DNA of 64,000 nt from Eledone cirrhosa. Taxonomy: Eukaryota. The position numbers and the translations under genes are program-made. The stretch's first letter is position 1. Each line of letters starts with the position of its first letter. This document shows positions 48,445-61,935 of the stretch, piece after piece. The DNA lies in the NCBI GenBank assembly GCA_964016885.1, contig OZ024749.1, positions 248,001-312,000 on the forward strand, given 5' to 3'. Below the pieces are notes generated by a model that ran no database searches, was not told the origin of the DNA, and saw only the letters and a list, made by a program, of their open reading frames with translations.

Positions 48445-51370
48445 AGATGGAGAGGTGCCTCTGCGAGACTAGTCGTAGGCAAGCGTCTTAGCTATAAGCT
48501 ATTCTGGGTAGGTAAGGATGATGGGCTAGGGGGAGTAGGCATTTTCCTGGCTGAGAAATGGATCAATAAGACAATAGAGGTAGTTCGAGTTAGTAATCGA
48601 ATAATTAAGCTTAGATTAGTTGTAGGTAGGAGACTACTGACAATCATCTTGGCCTATGCTCCCCAAGCAGGCCTAGGCAAAGATGAGAAAGACTGCTTTT
48701 ATGAGCAACTTTTGCAAACAACCGCAATGACAGAGGACGGAGACATCGTTATGCTAGCAGGAGACTTCAATGGTCATGTTGGACAGCTCCAGGATGGTTA
48801 CACTGGGGTACATGGTGGGCACGGTTACGGTTCAAGAAATGAAGAAGGAGTGAGACTTCTTGAATTTTGTGATGCAGGTACATTGACTATTTGCAACGCA
48901 AACTTCCAGAAACCTGCCAATCACCTAATAACCTACAAATCTGGTGAGCACATAAGCCAGATTGACTTCCTGCTAGTTAGGCAGCGGGACAGGCAGATAG
49001 TGTCTAATACCAAGGCATACCCTGGGGAAGAATGTACCCCACAGCATAGGTTAGTTGTTAGTGATATCTCAGTAAGCAAGAGATGGAATGAGACATATAG
49101 GAAGGTGTGGACAAGAAAGGTCTGGAAGCTAAAAGACCTTTCACTAAAATACAAATTTAGGAAAGCCCTTCAAGATGTATATGACGAAAAAGAAGATGAT
49201 TTAGAGACGTATGACATAGATAATAACTGGAATTTCTTACGTGACAACTTGCTGCAAACTACTGATGAAACCTGTGGCTGGAGCAGAGCTCCAACGAGAC
49301 AGAGAGTGACCTGGTGGTGGAACAGCACAGTAGATAAGGCTATTAGAGACAAAAGACTAGCATGGAAGGCTTGGAAAAAAGGTGGGAGTAGGGAAGAATA
49401 TACAGCCACTAAGAGATAAGCTAGACGTCAGGTGTACTTAGCACGCAGGGAGGCAGAGAGTAGGAGGTTTGCCAATGTTCTGCGACGGGAAGATCAGAGA
49501 CGTGCAGTGTTCCACATTGCAAGGCAGTGTGTCAATGCAAATCAGGATGTTGTTGGAAATAAATGTGTCCAGGATGATGCTGGTGTACTTAGTGTCACAA
49601 ATGATCAGAAAAAGGAGGCCTGGAAATGTCATTATGAGAGACTGATGAATGTGGAGAACGAATGGGAGAGAGAGAAATTACCCTTGGTGGATCCGACAGA
49701 GGGACCAGCTATTGAGATTGACGAATATAGGGTCCAAGAGGCGGTTAGGGTAATGAAAAATGGTAAGGCTGCCGGACCATCGGGAATAGTTGCTGAGATG
49801 CTGAAGGCATCAGGGGACGTAGGCACTAAACTGGTTGCACGCATCATCAATCAGGCTATATATGGTGGTGTCATACCCAAAGACTGGTGCAGCAGTATTC
49901 TCATAAATTGCTACAAAGGTAAAGGGGATGCTTTGGAGAGGAGCAATTATAGGGGTATAAAACTGATAGATCAGGTTATGAAAGTGGCAGAAAGGATTTT
50001 AGCACAACTAATTAGAGAAAGGGTCAAACTAGATGAGATGCAGTTTGGTTTTGTGCCTGGGAAGAGTACAACAGATGCCCTCTTCTTGGTGAGACAATTG
50101 CAAGAGAGGTTCTTAGAGAAGAATAAGCCACTATACTTAGCCTTTGTTGACCTAGAGAAGGCCTTTGATAGGGTACCCCGATCTGTCATCTGGTGGTCCC
50201 TAATGAAGCTAGGTGTTGAGGAATGGCTTGTGAGGACAGTGCAAACTTTGTACAGAGGTACTCTCAGTAAAGTCAGGGTAGGAATGGAGTTTAGTGAGGA
50301 ATTCCAGATACAAGTAGGAGTACATCAGGGTTCGGTCCTCAGCCCGCTCTTGTTCATTATAGTCCTCCAAGCCATAACAGAGGAGTTTAAGACTGGCTGT
50401 CCATGGGAACTTCTCTATGCTGACAATCTGGTTCTTATAGCAGAATCAGTAGAGGAGCTAGAGAATAAATTCTGGCTATGGAAACAGCAGTTGGAAGCAA
50501 GAGGACTGAGAGTGAATCTAGCTAAGACAAAAGTGTTGATGAGTAGAAAAGAGGACAAAACCCTGATTCCGTCAGGGAAATGGCCATGTTCGATATGCAG
50601 ATCCTGGGTACACAAGAGATGCAGCGGGATAGCAGGCAAACTAAAAGGTAGGGAGAAATATGTATGCAGTAGATGTACAGGGAAATTAGACAGTAGAAGT
50701 CGCACTGATAGACACATTTTTCAAATGCAGGAGGGCGCTATAGAAGTGGTGGATAGCTTCCGGTACCTAGGAGATCAGATTAGCATGGGAGGAGGGTGTT
50801 CCGAGGCCATAGTATCTAGAATAAGGACGGGTTGGAAGAAGTTTAGGGAGCTGCTTCCTCTGTTGACGAAGAAGGGTTTCTCCCTGCGTACGAAAGGCCG
50901 GTTGTATGATGCCTGTGTGAGGAGCGCGATGCTGCATGGTAGTGAGACATGGGCAGCTACCGCAGAAGATATGCGACGGCTGGAGAGAAATGAGGCAAGC
51001 ATGCTCCGTTGGATGTGCAGTGTAAATGTGCGTGAACGACTCAGCATAAATGTGTTGAGAGAGAAACTGTGTCTGAGAGGGATAGAATGTAGTGTACGGG
51101 AGAGGAGACTGAGGTGGTATGGACATGTGATGCGCATGGAGGATGACCGATGGGTGAAGAAGTGCCAGGAAATGCCAGTTGAAGGAAGACGTGGTAGAGG
51201 TAGACCACGAAAAACATGGGCGGAGGTGGTGAGAACAGACCTCAGATCATTGAAGCTCACGGTGGAGATGACGAGGGACCGTGACGAGTGGAGAGATGCT
51301 GTGCTGAATAAGACCCGTCCCACCCTTGCAAGCAGGGAAAAGCGGACGTAAAATGATGATGATGATGATG
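48445..51370 (+). mobile_element. RTE-B near full-length copy (APE plus RT), inactivated
   Basis: ORFs 48442-49419 and 49432-51351 split by TAA; YADN instead of YADD; 42-bp in-frame deletion in the zinc finger; (GAT)n tail. Confidence 0.95.
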
Positions 51371-51613
51371 TGTCACAACAAAAAGTACCCAGTACTCACT
51401 GTAAATGAGGTTGGTGTTAGGTAGGGTATCCAGCTGTAGAAATCAAGCCAGAATCAGTTCTGTATAAAGCAAGACAGGATCACCTGACCTAGCATTGCCC
51501 ACAACAGAACATGACTAACTCATGCTAACATGGAAAAATGGACGTTAAACGGTGGTGATAATGATATATATATATATATGTATATATCATCTGTTCTTAT
51601 AATATGATGGCAC

Positions 51614-53801
51614 ACTTGCCATCACCGACGCTGATAAGAAGGTAGCTTGGAAGTGTCACTATGAAAGGCTTCTAAATGAGGAGAATAATTGGGAGAAAGG
51701 CAGTCTCCCCCATATCGACCCAATAGAGGGACCAGCAGTGTTAGTCGAGGGGAGTATAATAAGTAAGGCAATCAAGGATATGAAGACTGGTAAGGCGGCT
51801 GGGCCTTCGGAAATAGTTGCTGAGATGCTGAAGGCATCTGGCACGTTGGGACACACCATGGTCACCAGCATAGTTAACCAAGTCGTACAGAATGGGGTTG
51901 TTCCGAAGGACTGGCATAGCAGCATCATCGTTAACTGTTATAAGGGTAAAGGAGACGCCCTAGATAGGAGTAACTATAGAGGCATTAAATTAATCGACCA
52001 GGTCATGAAGGTCACGGAAAGAGTAATAGCGCAACTAATCAGAGAGAGAATTGACCTAGATGAAATGCAGTTCGGGTTTGTGTCAGGCAAAAGTACCACA
52101 GACGCTCTTTTCATAGTACGACAACTACAGGAGAAGTACCTAGCTAAAGGTAAACCCCTCTACTTAGCTTTTGTCGACTTGGAGAAAGCCTTCGACAGAG
52201 TCCCCCGCTCCATTATCTGGTGGGCTCTTAGAAAACTAGGCGTTGACGAATGGCTTGTGAGGGCTATACAAGCCATGTATAAAGAAACAGTCAGCAAGGT
52301 TAGAATTAACAACGAATATAGTGAAGAGTTTAGCGTAAAAGTTGGCGTCCATCAGGGCTCTGTTCTCAGTCCACTACTATTTATTATTGCCCTTCAGGCT
52401 ATAACAGAGGAGTTCAAGACAGGCTGCCCATGGGAACTCCTATACGCAGACGACCTGACACTCATAGCGGAATCAATGGCCGAGCTAGAGAAGAAATTCC
52501 AAACATGGAAGCACGGCCTAGAGTCAAAAGGACTTAAAATTAACCTGGCTAAGACCAAAGTACTAGTTTGTAGGAAAGAAAACAAGGCGGCGGTCCCTTC
52601 TGGGAAATGGTCGTGCTCGGTGTGTAGGAAAGGCGTAGGTAGAAACTCCATTTTATGTCCTAAATGCAAAGTATGGGTGCATAAAAGATGTAGTGGGATC
52701 ACAGGTAAGCTAACTAAGAACATAGATTTTACATGTGGCCGGTGCTCTGGTGCAATAAGTAGCAGCAAGTGCCCACAAACTACTAGCTCTTTCAATTGCG
52801 CAGAGGGTTCTATAGAAATAGTGGACAGCTTCCGTTACCTGGGCGATAAAATCAGCAGTGGGGGAGGGTGCTCTGAAAGTACTGTAGCTAGAGTCAGAAC
52901 TGGTTGGAAAAAGTTCAGAGAGCTTATACCACTATTAGCTGCTAAAGGGTTCTCACTAAAAATGAAAGGCAGGTTGTACGATGCCTGCATACGAACAGCA
53001 ATGCTGCATGGCAGTGAGACCTGGGCATTGTGTGCAGAGGATATACGCAGACTAGAGAGGAACGAAGCTTGCATGCTCCGCTGGATGTGTAACAGTAATA
53101 TACGTGAACGGCAAAGCATAAACGAACTAAGGAAAAAATTAGAGATAAGAGGGATCAGATGTTGTTTACTCGAGAGAAGGCTACGTTGGTATGGACACGT
53201 GATGCGCATGAAAGTCGATAGCTGTATAACAAAGTGCAGGGCAATAAAGATAGACGGTAGTCACGGAATAGGCAGACCTAGAAAAACCTGGGACGAGCTG
53301 ATAAACTCCGACATCACACACTTACACCTCTCCAAGACAATGTCACTGGACCGAGACCTTTGGCGGTACTCAGTAACAGAGAAGACCCGCCTTACCTAAA
53401 TATATAGTAAAACCTACTCCAGCCAGTAGGCATCTCTAACAAAATACACCCCGTCCCACCACCACCACCCCCACCCGATCCACACCACCCCGTTCTATGT
53501 AAAGTTATGTTGGTGCCGCGCCATCGAGGCCGAAACAAATGAGATCGTGTAGGTGTCACGACAAAAAAACACACAGTCCACGCTGTAATGTGGCCGTGTA
53601 GGCAACACGGTAAAAACCTCCCAGACCCACACTGTAAATGTGGTTGGTGTTAGGAAGGGCATCCAACTGTAGAAAACCTGCCAGACAGTCCTATGCGAGC
53701 AAGACAATCACTCTTGCCTCAAGTGGGACTACCCCCGTCCAAACCCATGCAAGCGTGGAACACGGACGTTAAACGTTGATGATGATGATGATGATGATGA
53801 T
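51614..53801 (+). mobile_element. RTE-A 5'-truncated copy with intact RT frame
   Basis: ORF 51738-53399 (553 aa) with YADD and PHD-like finger; 3' UTR; (GAT)n tail. Confidence 0.95.
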
Positions 53802-53861
53802 GTATATAAATATATACACAGACACATATATATGTATGTAAACATATGTCTATATGTATAT

Positions 53862-54140
53862 CAGGTCACCAGTTGGTGCTACTGGTAACATGTATCCCAG
53901 TACAACCTGTCTCATGGTCGGGTCATTGGCGACTAAACTGGGAACCCCACCAAGGTTTCTTGGTGAGGAGGGTGACTTTGGACATCCTGCAGGACTAAAA
54001 ACAATACCTGTCAAAGGGCAAAAGCGCTCTTAAGAGTCAATGGCCATCCAAAATCACCGGGAGAGATGACCCCTTAGCCTTTGTCAAGGCAGAATTCTAG
54101 GAGAAGGAAAACTCTGATATAACACCTGCAACCCTGATGG
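53862..54140 (+). mobile_element. Probable 5' UTR fragment of an RTE-type LINE
   Basis: CTAGGAGAAGGAAAACTCTGA motif, also on the minus strand at about 62460-62495; structured 5' part. Confidence 0.4.
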
Positions 54141-54655
54141 TATCCAATGATGTTGACTTGTTCTTCTTTTTGGTAAATATCATCTTGGTTAAGAGAGTGG
54201 GACTGGCTTTGTGCAGTGCCTTTGCTCACTATAAAAGCTTCACGGCACAAGCATTGCTTTATATCTGGAGATCTCTCTGCACTTGTTGTCACATGGTACC
54301 ATGGGTCCAGCACTATGTGTCAATAATTGTCACAAGTGTAGTGTTTGTACCAGAGTTTTCAAGTCGCTGGCTGGACTAAAAAGTCACACTCGTTCAGCGC
54401 ATCGATAGGGGTTCTCCTACATGTATATGAAGTAGTGGCCGTACTCGAAAACGAGTTGGCAGCCACCATATGTATATATAGACATATGTATATATAAATA
54501 TATGTAAGAATATTTTCGAAACAGCGAGTGGGTTTGAAATTATTAGAAATGTAAGCTATCGCCGTATTTTGACTAAAGAAATTAAAGAAATTATTTAGCC
54601 TGATAGTGGAGTTAAGAACCCTCGGAGAAATGGAAAAAGATGAGTATTGACATAC

Positions 54656-54705
<50 letters not shown>

Positions 54706-54780
54706 GTCTATATATACATATAAACATATGTTTACATACATATATATGTATGTATATATATATATATACATATATATATA

Positions 54781-56888
54781 TGGTGGTGGAACAGCAGTGT
54801 AGATAAGGCTATTAGAGACAAAAGACTAGCATGGAAGGCTTGGAATAAGGGTGGGAGTAGGGAAGAATATACAGCCACTAAGAGAGAAGCTAGACGTCAG
54901 GTGTACTTAGCACGCAGGGAGGCAGAGAGTAGGAGGTTTGCCAATGTTCTGCGACGGGAAGATCAGAGGCGTGCGGTGTTCCACATTGCAAGGCAGTGTG
55001 TCAATGCAAATCAGGATGTTGTTGGTGATAAATGTGTCCGGGATGATGCCGGTGTACTTAGTGTCACGAATGACCAGAAAAAGGAGGCCTGGAAATGTCA
55101 TTATGAGAGACTGATGAATGTGGAGAACGAATGGGAGAGAGAGAAATTACCCTTGGTAGATCCGACAGAGGGACCAGCTATTGAGATTGACGAATATAGG
55201 GTCCAAGAGGCGATTAGGGAAATGAAAAATGGTAAGGCGGCCGGACCATCGGGAATAGTTGCTGAGATGCTGAAGGCATCAGGGGACGTAGGCACTAAAC
55301 TGGTTGCACGCATAATCAATCAGGCTATATATGGTGGTGTCATACCCAAAGACTGGTGCAGCAGTATTCTCATAAATTGCTACAAAGGTAAAGGGGATGC
55401 TTTGGAGAGGAGCAATTATAGGGGTATAAAACTGATAGATCAGGTTATGAAAGTGGCAGAAAGGATTCTAGCACAACTAATTAGAGAAAGGGTCAAACTA
55501 GATGAGATGCAGTTTGGTTTTGTGCCTGGGAAGAGTACAACAGATGCCCTCTTCTTGGTGAGACAAATGCAAGAGAGGTTCTTAGAGAAGAATAAGCCAC
55601 TATACTTAGCCTTTGTTGACCTAGAGAAGGCCTTTGATAGGGTACCCCGATCTGTCATCTGGTGGTCCCTAAGGAAGCTGGGTGTTGAGGAATGGCTTGT
55701 AAGGACAGTGCAAACTTTGTACAGAGGTACTCTCAGTAAAGTCAGGGTAGGAATGGAGTTTAGTGAGGAATTCCAGATACATGTAGGAGTACATCAGGGT
55801 TCGGTCCTCAGCCCGCTCTTGTTCATTATAGTCCTCCAAGCCATAACAGAGGAGTTTAAGACTGGCTGTCCATGGGAACTTCTCTATGCTGACGATCTGG
55901 CTCTTATGGCAGAATCAGTAGAGGAGCTAGAGAATAAATTCCGGCTATGGAAACAGCAGTTGGAAGCAAGAGGACTGAGAGTAAATCTAGCTAAGACAAA
56001 AGTGTTGATGAGTAGAAAAGAGGACAAAACCCTGATTCCGTCAGGGAAATGGCCATGTTCGATATGCAGAAAAGGAACTGGCATAAATTCTATAAAATGC
56101 ACACAATGTAGGTCCTGGGTACACAAGAGATGTAGCGGGATAGCAGGCAAACTAACAGGTAGGGAGAAATATGTATGCAGTAGATGTACAGGGAAATTAG
56201 ACAGTAGAAGTCGCACTGATAGACACATTTTTCAAATGCGAGAGGGCGCTATAGAAGTGGTGGATAGCTTCCGGTACCTAGGAGATCAGATTAGCATGGG
56301 AGGAGGGTGTTCCGAGGCCATAGTATCTAGAATAAGGACGGGTTGGAAGAAGTTTAGGGAGCTGCTTCCTCTGTTGACGAAGAAGGGTTTCTCCCTGCGT
56401 ACGAAAGGCCGGTTGTATGATGCCTGTGTGAGGAGCGCGATGCTGCATGGTAGTGAGACATGGGCAGCTACCGCAGAAGATATGCGACGGCTGGAGAGAA
56501 ATGAGGCAAGCATGCTCCGTTGGATGTGCAGTGTAAATGTGCGTGAACGACTCAGCATAAATGTGTTGAGAGAGAAACTGTGTCTGAGAGGGATAGAATG
56601 TAGTGTACGGGAGAGGAGACTGAGGTGGTATGGACATGTGATGCGCATGGAGGATGACCGATGGGTGAAGAAGTGCCAGGAAATGCCAGTTGAAGGAAGA
56701 CGTGGTAGAGGTAGACCACGAAAAACATGGGCGGAGGTGGTGAGAACAGACCTCAGATCATTGAAGCTCACGGTGGAGATGACGAGGGACCGTGACGAGT
56801 GGAGAGATGCTGTGCTGAATAAGACCCGTCCCACCCTTGCAAGCAGGGAAAAGCGGACGTAAAATGATGATGATGATGATGATGATGA
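54781..56888 (+). mobile_element. RTE-B 5'-truncated copy with intact RT frame
   Basis: ORF 54901-56862 (653 aa) with YADD and complete C4HC3 finger; flanked by (TA)n. Confidence 0.95.
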
Positions 56889-56932
56889 TATATATATATA
56901 TATATGCGTGTGTATATATTTATATACATACA

Positions 56933-58520
56933 TATCATCATCACCGTTTTACGTCCGTTCTTCCACGCTAGCATGGGTTAGACGGGTTGTCCTGTTGTGG
57001 GCAGTGTCTGGTCAGCTGACCATGCCTTGCTCATACAGGAACTGATTTGGCTTGATTTCTACAGCTGGATGCCCTTCCTAACACCAACCTCATTTACAGT
57101 GAGTGCTGGGTGCTTTTTCGTGGCGCCTACACATCTACTTTACAGTGTGGGCTGGGTGCTTTTTTGTCGTGGCACCTCCACGACCACCTTGCGGGGGGGG
57201 GGGGGGGGGGGGCATATTGTCTATATGCTTCAGCTTGTACCCATGGGAGGTCGGGTACTCTGTATTACTGTGTGATGCCAGAAGTCACGGTCGTGTGTCA
57301 TTGCCTTTGAGAGGTGTAATTGGGTAAGGTCGGCTTTTATCACCTCATCCCAGGTCATCTTGGGTCTCCCCACTCCGCGGTTTCCATCAACTTCTAGTGC
57401 TCTGCACCTTTTTATGCAGCTGTCATCCTTCATACGCATCACATGTCCATACCAGCGCAACCGCCTCTCCTGCACACAGCATTTGATTCCTCTTATGCTC
57501 AGTCTCTCTCTCAATTCATTTATGCTTTGTCGTTCACGTATATTACTGTTACACATCCATCGGAGCATGCAGGCTTCGTTTCTCTCTAATCTACGTAAGT
57601 CTTCCACCTTCAGCGCCCAGGTCTCACTACCATGCAACATTGCTGTTCGGATACACGCATCATACAGTCTGCCTTTCATTCTGAGGGAGAAGCCTTTTGC
57701 AGCTAGCAGTGGTAGTAGTTCCCTAAACTTCTTCCATCCCGTTCTTACCCTAGTTATTGTACTTTCTGAACACCCACCTCCGCTGCTAATTCGGTCACCT
57801 AGGTAGCAGAAGCTGTCTACTGTTTCTACAGAGCCCTCCCAGAGATTGGTGGTACTTGTTTCCTGTGGCTGTTTGCTGCTTGCTGTCTCAGCACAGCTGC
57901 TGCATCTGAAGCCTACATTCTTAATTAAGCTTCCTGAGATCCAACTACATCTCTTGTGTACCCATTGTTTGCATTTGGGGCAGAGAATGGAGTTCCTACC
58001 TACACCTTTCCTACATACTGAGCAAGGCCATTTCCCCGAGGGGATCTGGGTTCTGTTTTCTCGTTTACTTACAAGGACCTTAGTCTTTGTCATGTTGACT
58101 TTGAGACCCTTTCTTTCTAGTCCCTGCTTCCAAGTTTGGAATTTATTCTCTAGTTCTACCATAGATTCAGCTATGAGTGCGAGGTCATCAGCATACAGGA
58201 GTTCCCATGGGCATCCGGTCTTAAACTCCGTTATTGCCTGCAGGACTATGATGAACAGGAGGGGGCTAAGAACTGAGCCCTGGTGGACCCCAACCTGTAT
58301 GCTAAATTCCTCGCTATACTCATTGCTAATCCTAACTTTGCTGACTGCTCCCCTATACATGGCTTGTACCGCTTTCACAAGCCATTCATCTAACCCTAGT
58401 TTTCTAAGAGCCCACCAGATTACAGCACGTGGAACTCTGTCAAAGGCTTTCTCAAGGTCAACAAATGCCAAGTAGAGTGGCTTACTTTTAGCTAGGTACT
58501 TTTCCTGTAATTGCTTCACA
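56933..58520 (-). mobile_element. RTE subfamily C, 5'-truncated
   Basis: ORF 57230-58519 (429 aa) and its own 3' UTR. Confidence 0.93.
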
Positions 58521-58602
58521 AGGAAGAAGATTCTTTTAAAGAAGAAGATTCTTTTAAATATATATATATATATATATACATATATACATATATATATATA
58601 TA

Positions 58603-59463
58603 TGTGCAGAGGATATACGCAGACTGGAGAGAAACGAAGCTTGCATGCTCCGCTGGATGTGTAATAGTAATATACGTGAACGGCAAAGCATAAACGAACT
58701 AAGGGAGAAATTAGGAATAAGAGGGATCAGATGTTGTTTACATGAAAGACAACAGCTGTATAAAAATGTGCAGGGCGATAAAAATAGATGGTAGCCACGG
58801 AGTAGGCAAACCCAGAAAAACCTGGGACGACTTGATAAATTCCGACCTCACACACTTACACCTCTCCAAGACAATGTCACTGGACCGAGATCTTTGGCGC
58901 TACACAGTTATACAGAAGACCCGCCTTGCCTAAGTACAAAGCGAAACCTACAGTTAGTAGGCACCTCTAACAAAATACACCCGCATCCCACTACCTCCAT
59001 CCCATCCACACCACCCCCTTAAATGTGAAGTTATGTTGGTACCATAACATCCAGTCCGAAACAAATGAGGTTGTGTAGGTGTCACGACAAAAAAACACAC
59101 AGCCCACGCTGTAATGTGGCCGTGTAGGTAACACGGTAAAAACCTCCCAGTACACACTGTAAACGTGGTTGGTGTTGGGAAGGGCACCCAGCCGTAGAAA
59201 ACCCGCCAGACGTGTAGGTGTCACGACAATAAAACACACAGTCCACGCTGTAATATGGCCGTGTAGTTAACACGGTAAAAACCTCCCAGTCCATACTGTA
59301 AACGTGGTTGGTGTTAGGAAGGGCATCCAACCGTAGAAAACCCGCCAGACAGTCCTGAGCAAGACAATCAATCTTGCCTCAAGTGGGACAATTCCCGTCC
59401 AGACCCATGCTAGTGTGGAAAATGGACGTTAAACGATGATGATGATGATGATGATGATGATGA
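58603..59463 (+). mobile_element. RTE-A 3' fragment with internal 3' UTR duplication
   Basis: About 59073-59210 is repeated at about 59212-59350; (GAT)n tail. Confidence 0.9.
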
Positions 59464-59685
59464 TATGTACATATATATATATATATGTACATATATATAA
59501 TATGTCCATGAAAAAACAAGAACAAGCTGATAAGAAACAGTCGTTTTAGCTATTTACATATATATGTATATATATATATATATATATTACACATATATGT
59601 ATATATAAATATATATATATACATATATCATCATCATCATCAAAGTGGACGTAAAATGATAATGATGATGAGGTACATATATATA

Positions 59686-60263
59686 TCATCATCATCATCA
59701 TCATCATCATCATCGTTTAACGTCCATGTTCCACGCTTGCATGGGTTTGGACGGGAGTTTTCCCACTTGAGGCAAGAGTGATTGTCTTGCTCGCATAGGA
59801 CTGTCTGGCGGGTTTTCTACAGCTGGATGCCCTTCCTAACACCAACCACATTTACAGTGTGGGGCTGGGAGGTTTTTACCGTGTTGCCTACACGGCCACA
59901 TTACAGCGTGGACTGTGTGTTTTTTTGTCGTGACACCTACATGATCTCATTTGTTTCGGCCTGGATGTTGTGGCACCAACATAACTTTACATAGAAAGGG
60001 GCGGTGTGGATGGGGTGAGGGTGGTGGGACGGGGGTATATTTTGTTAGAGATGCCTACTGACTGTAGAAGGTTTTACTTTGTAAGGCGGGTCTTCTCTAT
60101 TACTGAGTACCGCCAAAGATCTCGGTCCAATAACATTGTCTTGGAGAGGTGTAAGTGTGTGAGGTCGGAATTTATCAGGTCGTCCCAGGTTTTTCTGGGT
60201 CTGCCTACTCCGTGGCTACCGTCTATCTTTATTGCCCTGCACTTTTTTATACAGCTGTCGTCT
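59686..60263 (-). mobile_element. RTE-A 3' fragment
   Basis: Reverse complement of the RTE-A 3' end. Confidence 0.9.
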
Positions 60264-60539
60264 TTATATTTATATTTATATTTACATATATGTGTAATAT
60301 ATATATACATATATATGTAAATGACTAAAAAGACTGTTTCTTATCAGCTTGTTTTTTCATGGACATAATAATACCTAAATAAGAGGAATGTTACTGATAA
60401 ATATATACGTAAGTAAATTTTTTAAAAGTTACACCCAATTTACTGCTCCTGTGGGTCATTATAAACCACTTTTATAAGAAATAAAACATTGTAAGATGCA
60501 TAACATAATACAATATTATACAACAAAGCCAAGCATAAA

Positions 60540-61436
60540 CGAGAGAGAGAGAGACTAGGCATAAGAGGAATCAGATGTAGTGTGTAGGAGAGGAGACTGT
60601 GTTGGTAAAGACATGTGATGTGTATGGATGAACTGAGAGAGAAACTAGATATAAGAGGAATCAGATGTAGTGTGTAGGAGAAGAGACTGTGTTGGTAAAG
60701 ACATGTGATGTGTATGGATGAACTGAGAGAGAAACTAGGTATAAGAGGAATCAGATGTAGTGTGTAGGAGAGGAGACTGTGTTGGTATAGACATGTGATG
60801 TGTATGGATGAACTGAGAGAGAAACTTGATATAAGAGGAATCAGATGTAGTGTGTAGGAGAGGAGACTGTGTTGGTATAGACATGTGATGCGTATGGATG
60901 AACTGAAAGAGAAACTAGGTCTAAGGGGAATCAGATGTAGTGTGTAAGAGAGGAGACTGTGTTGGTATAGACATGTGATGTGTATGGATGAACTGAGAGA
61001 GAAACTAGGTCTAAGGGGAATCAGATGTAGTGTGTAGGAGAGGAGACTGTGTTGGTATAGACATGTGATGTGTATGGATGAACTGAGAGAGAAACTAGAT
61101 ATAAGAGGAATCAGATGTAGTGTGTAGGAGAGGAGACTGTGTTGGTAAAGACATGTGATGCGTATGAATGAACTGAGAGAGAAACTAGGTCTAAGGGGAA
61201 TCAGATGTAGTGTGTAGGAGAGGAGACTGTTGGTATAGACATGCGATGTGTATGGATGAACTGAGAGAGAAACTAGGTCTAAGGGGAATCAGATGTAGTG
61301 TGTAGGACAGGAGACTGTGTTGGTATAGACATGTGATGTGTATGGATGAACTGAGAGAGAAACTAGGTATAAGAGGGATCAGATGTAGTGTGTAGGAGAG
61401 GAGACTGTGTTAGTATAGACATGTGATGTGGATGAA
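60540..61436 (+). repeat. 90-bp minisatellite (about 10 units) derived from RTE coding sequence
   Basis: AACTGAGAGA recurs at 60631, 60721, 60811 and onward; the unit corresponds to ELREKLGIRGIRCSV.ERRL.WY.HVM.MD. Confidence 0.92.
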
Positions 61437-61935
61437 GGATGACAGCTGCATAAAAAGGTGTGGAGCACTAAAAGTCGAAGGAAACCTTGGAGTGGGGAGA
61501 CCCAAGAAGACCTGGGACAAGGTGAACAAACTGATCTTGCCCAATTCCACCTCTCAAAGGCGATGACAAAGGACCATGACCTCTGGTGTTACGCAGTAAT
61601 ACAGAAGACCCAGCTTCCCACGGGTACAAGCCGAAGCTGAAGCATATAGGCAATATGCCTCCACCCCCTCCCACTGTAAAGTGGTCATGAAAGTGCCACG
61701 GCAAAAAAGCACCCAGTTCACACTGTAAAGTCGCCGTGAAGGCGCCATGGTAAAAAAGCACCCAGCACTCACTGTAAATGAGGTTGGTGTTAGGAACCGC
61801 ATCCAGCTGTAGAAATCAAGCCAGAATCAGTTCCCATATGAGCAAGACATGGTCACCTGACCTAGCATTGCCCACAACAGGACAACCTGTCTAACCCATG
61901 CTAGCGTGGAAGAATGGACGTAAAACGGTGATGAT
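61437..61935 (+). mobile_element. RTE-C 3' end continuing from the 90-bp array
   Basis: Matches the reverse complement of 56933-57425. Confidence 0.85.

Noticed and set aside
50775-51323. Long antisense ORFs over RTE copies (also 56286-56933 and 57846-58475)
   Set aside because: Shadow frames of RT coding sequence with no independent evidence.
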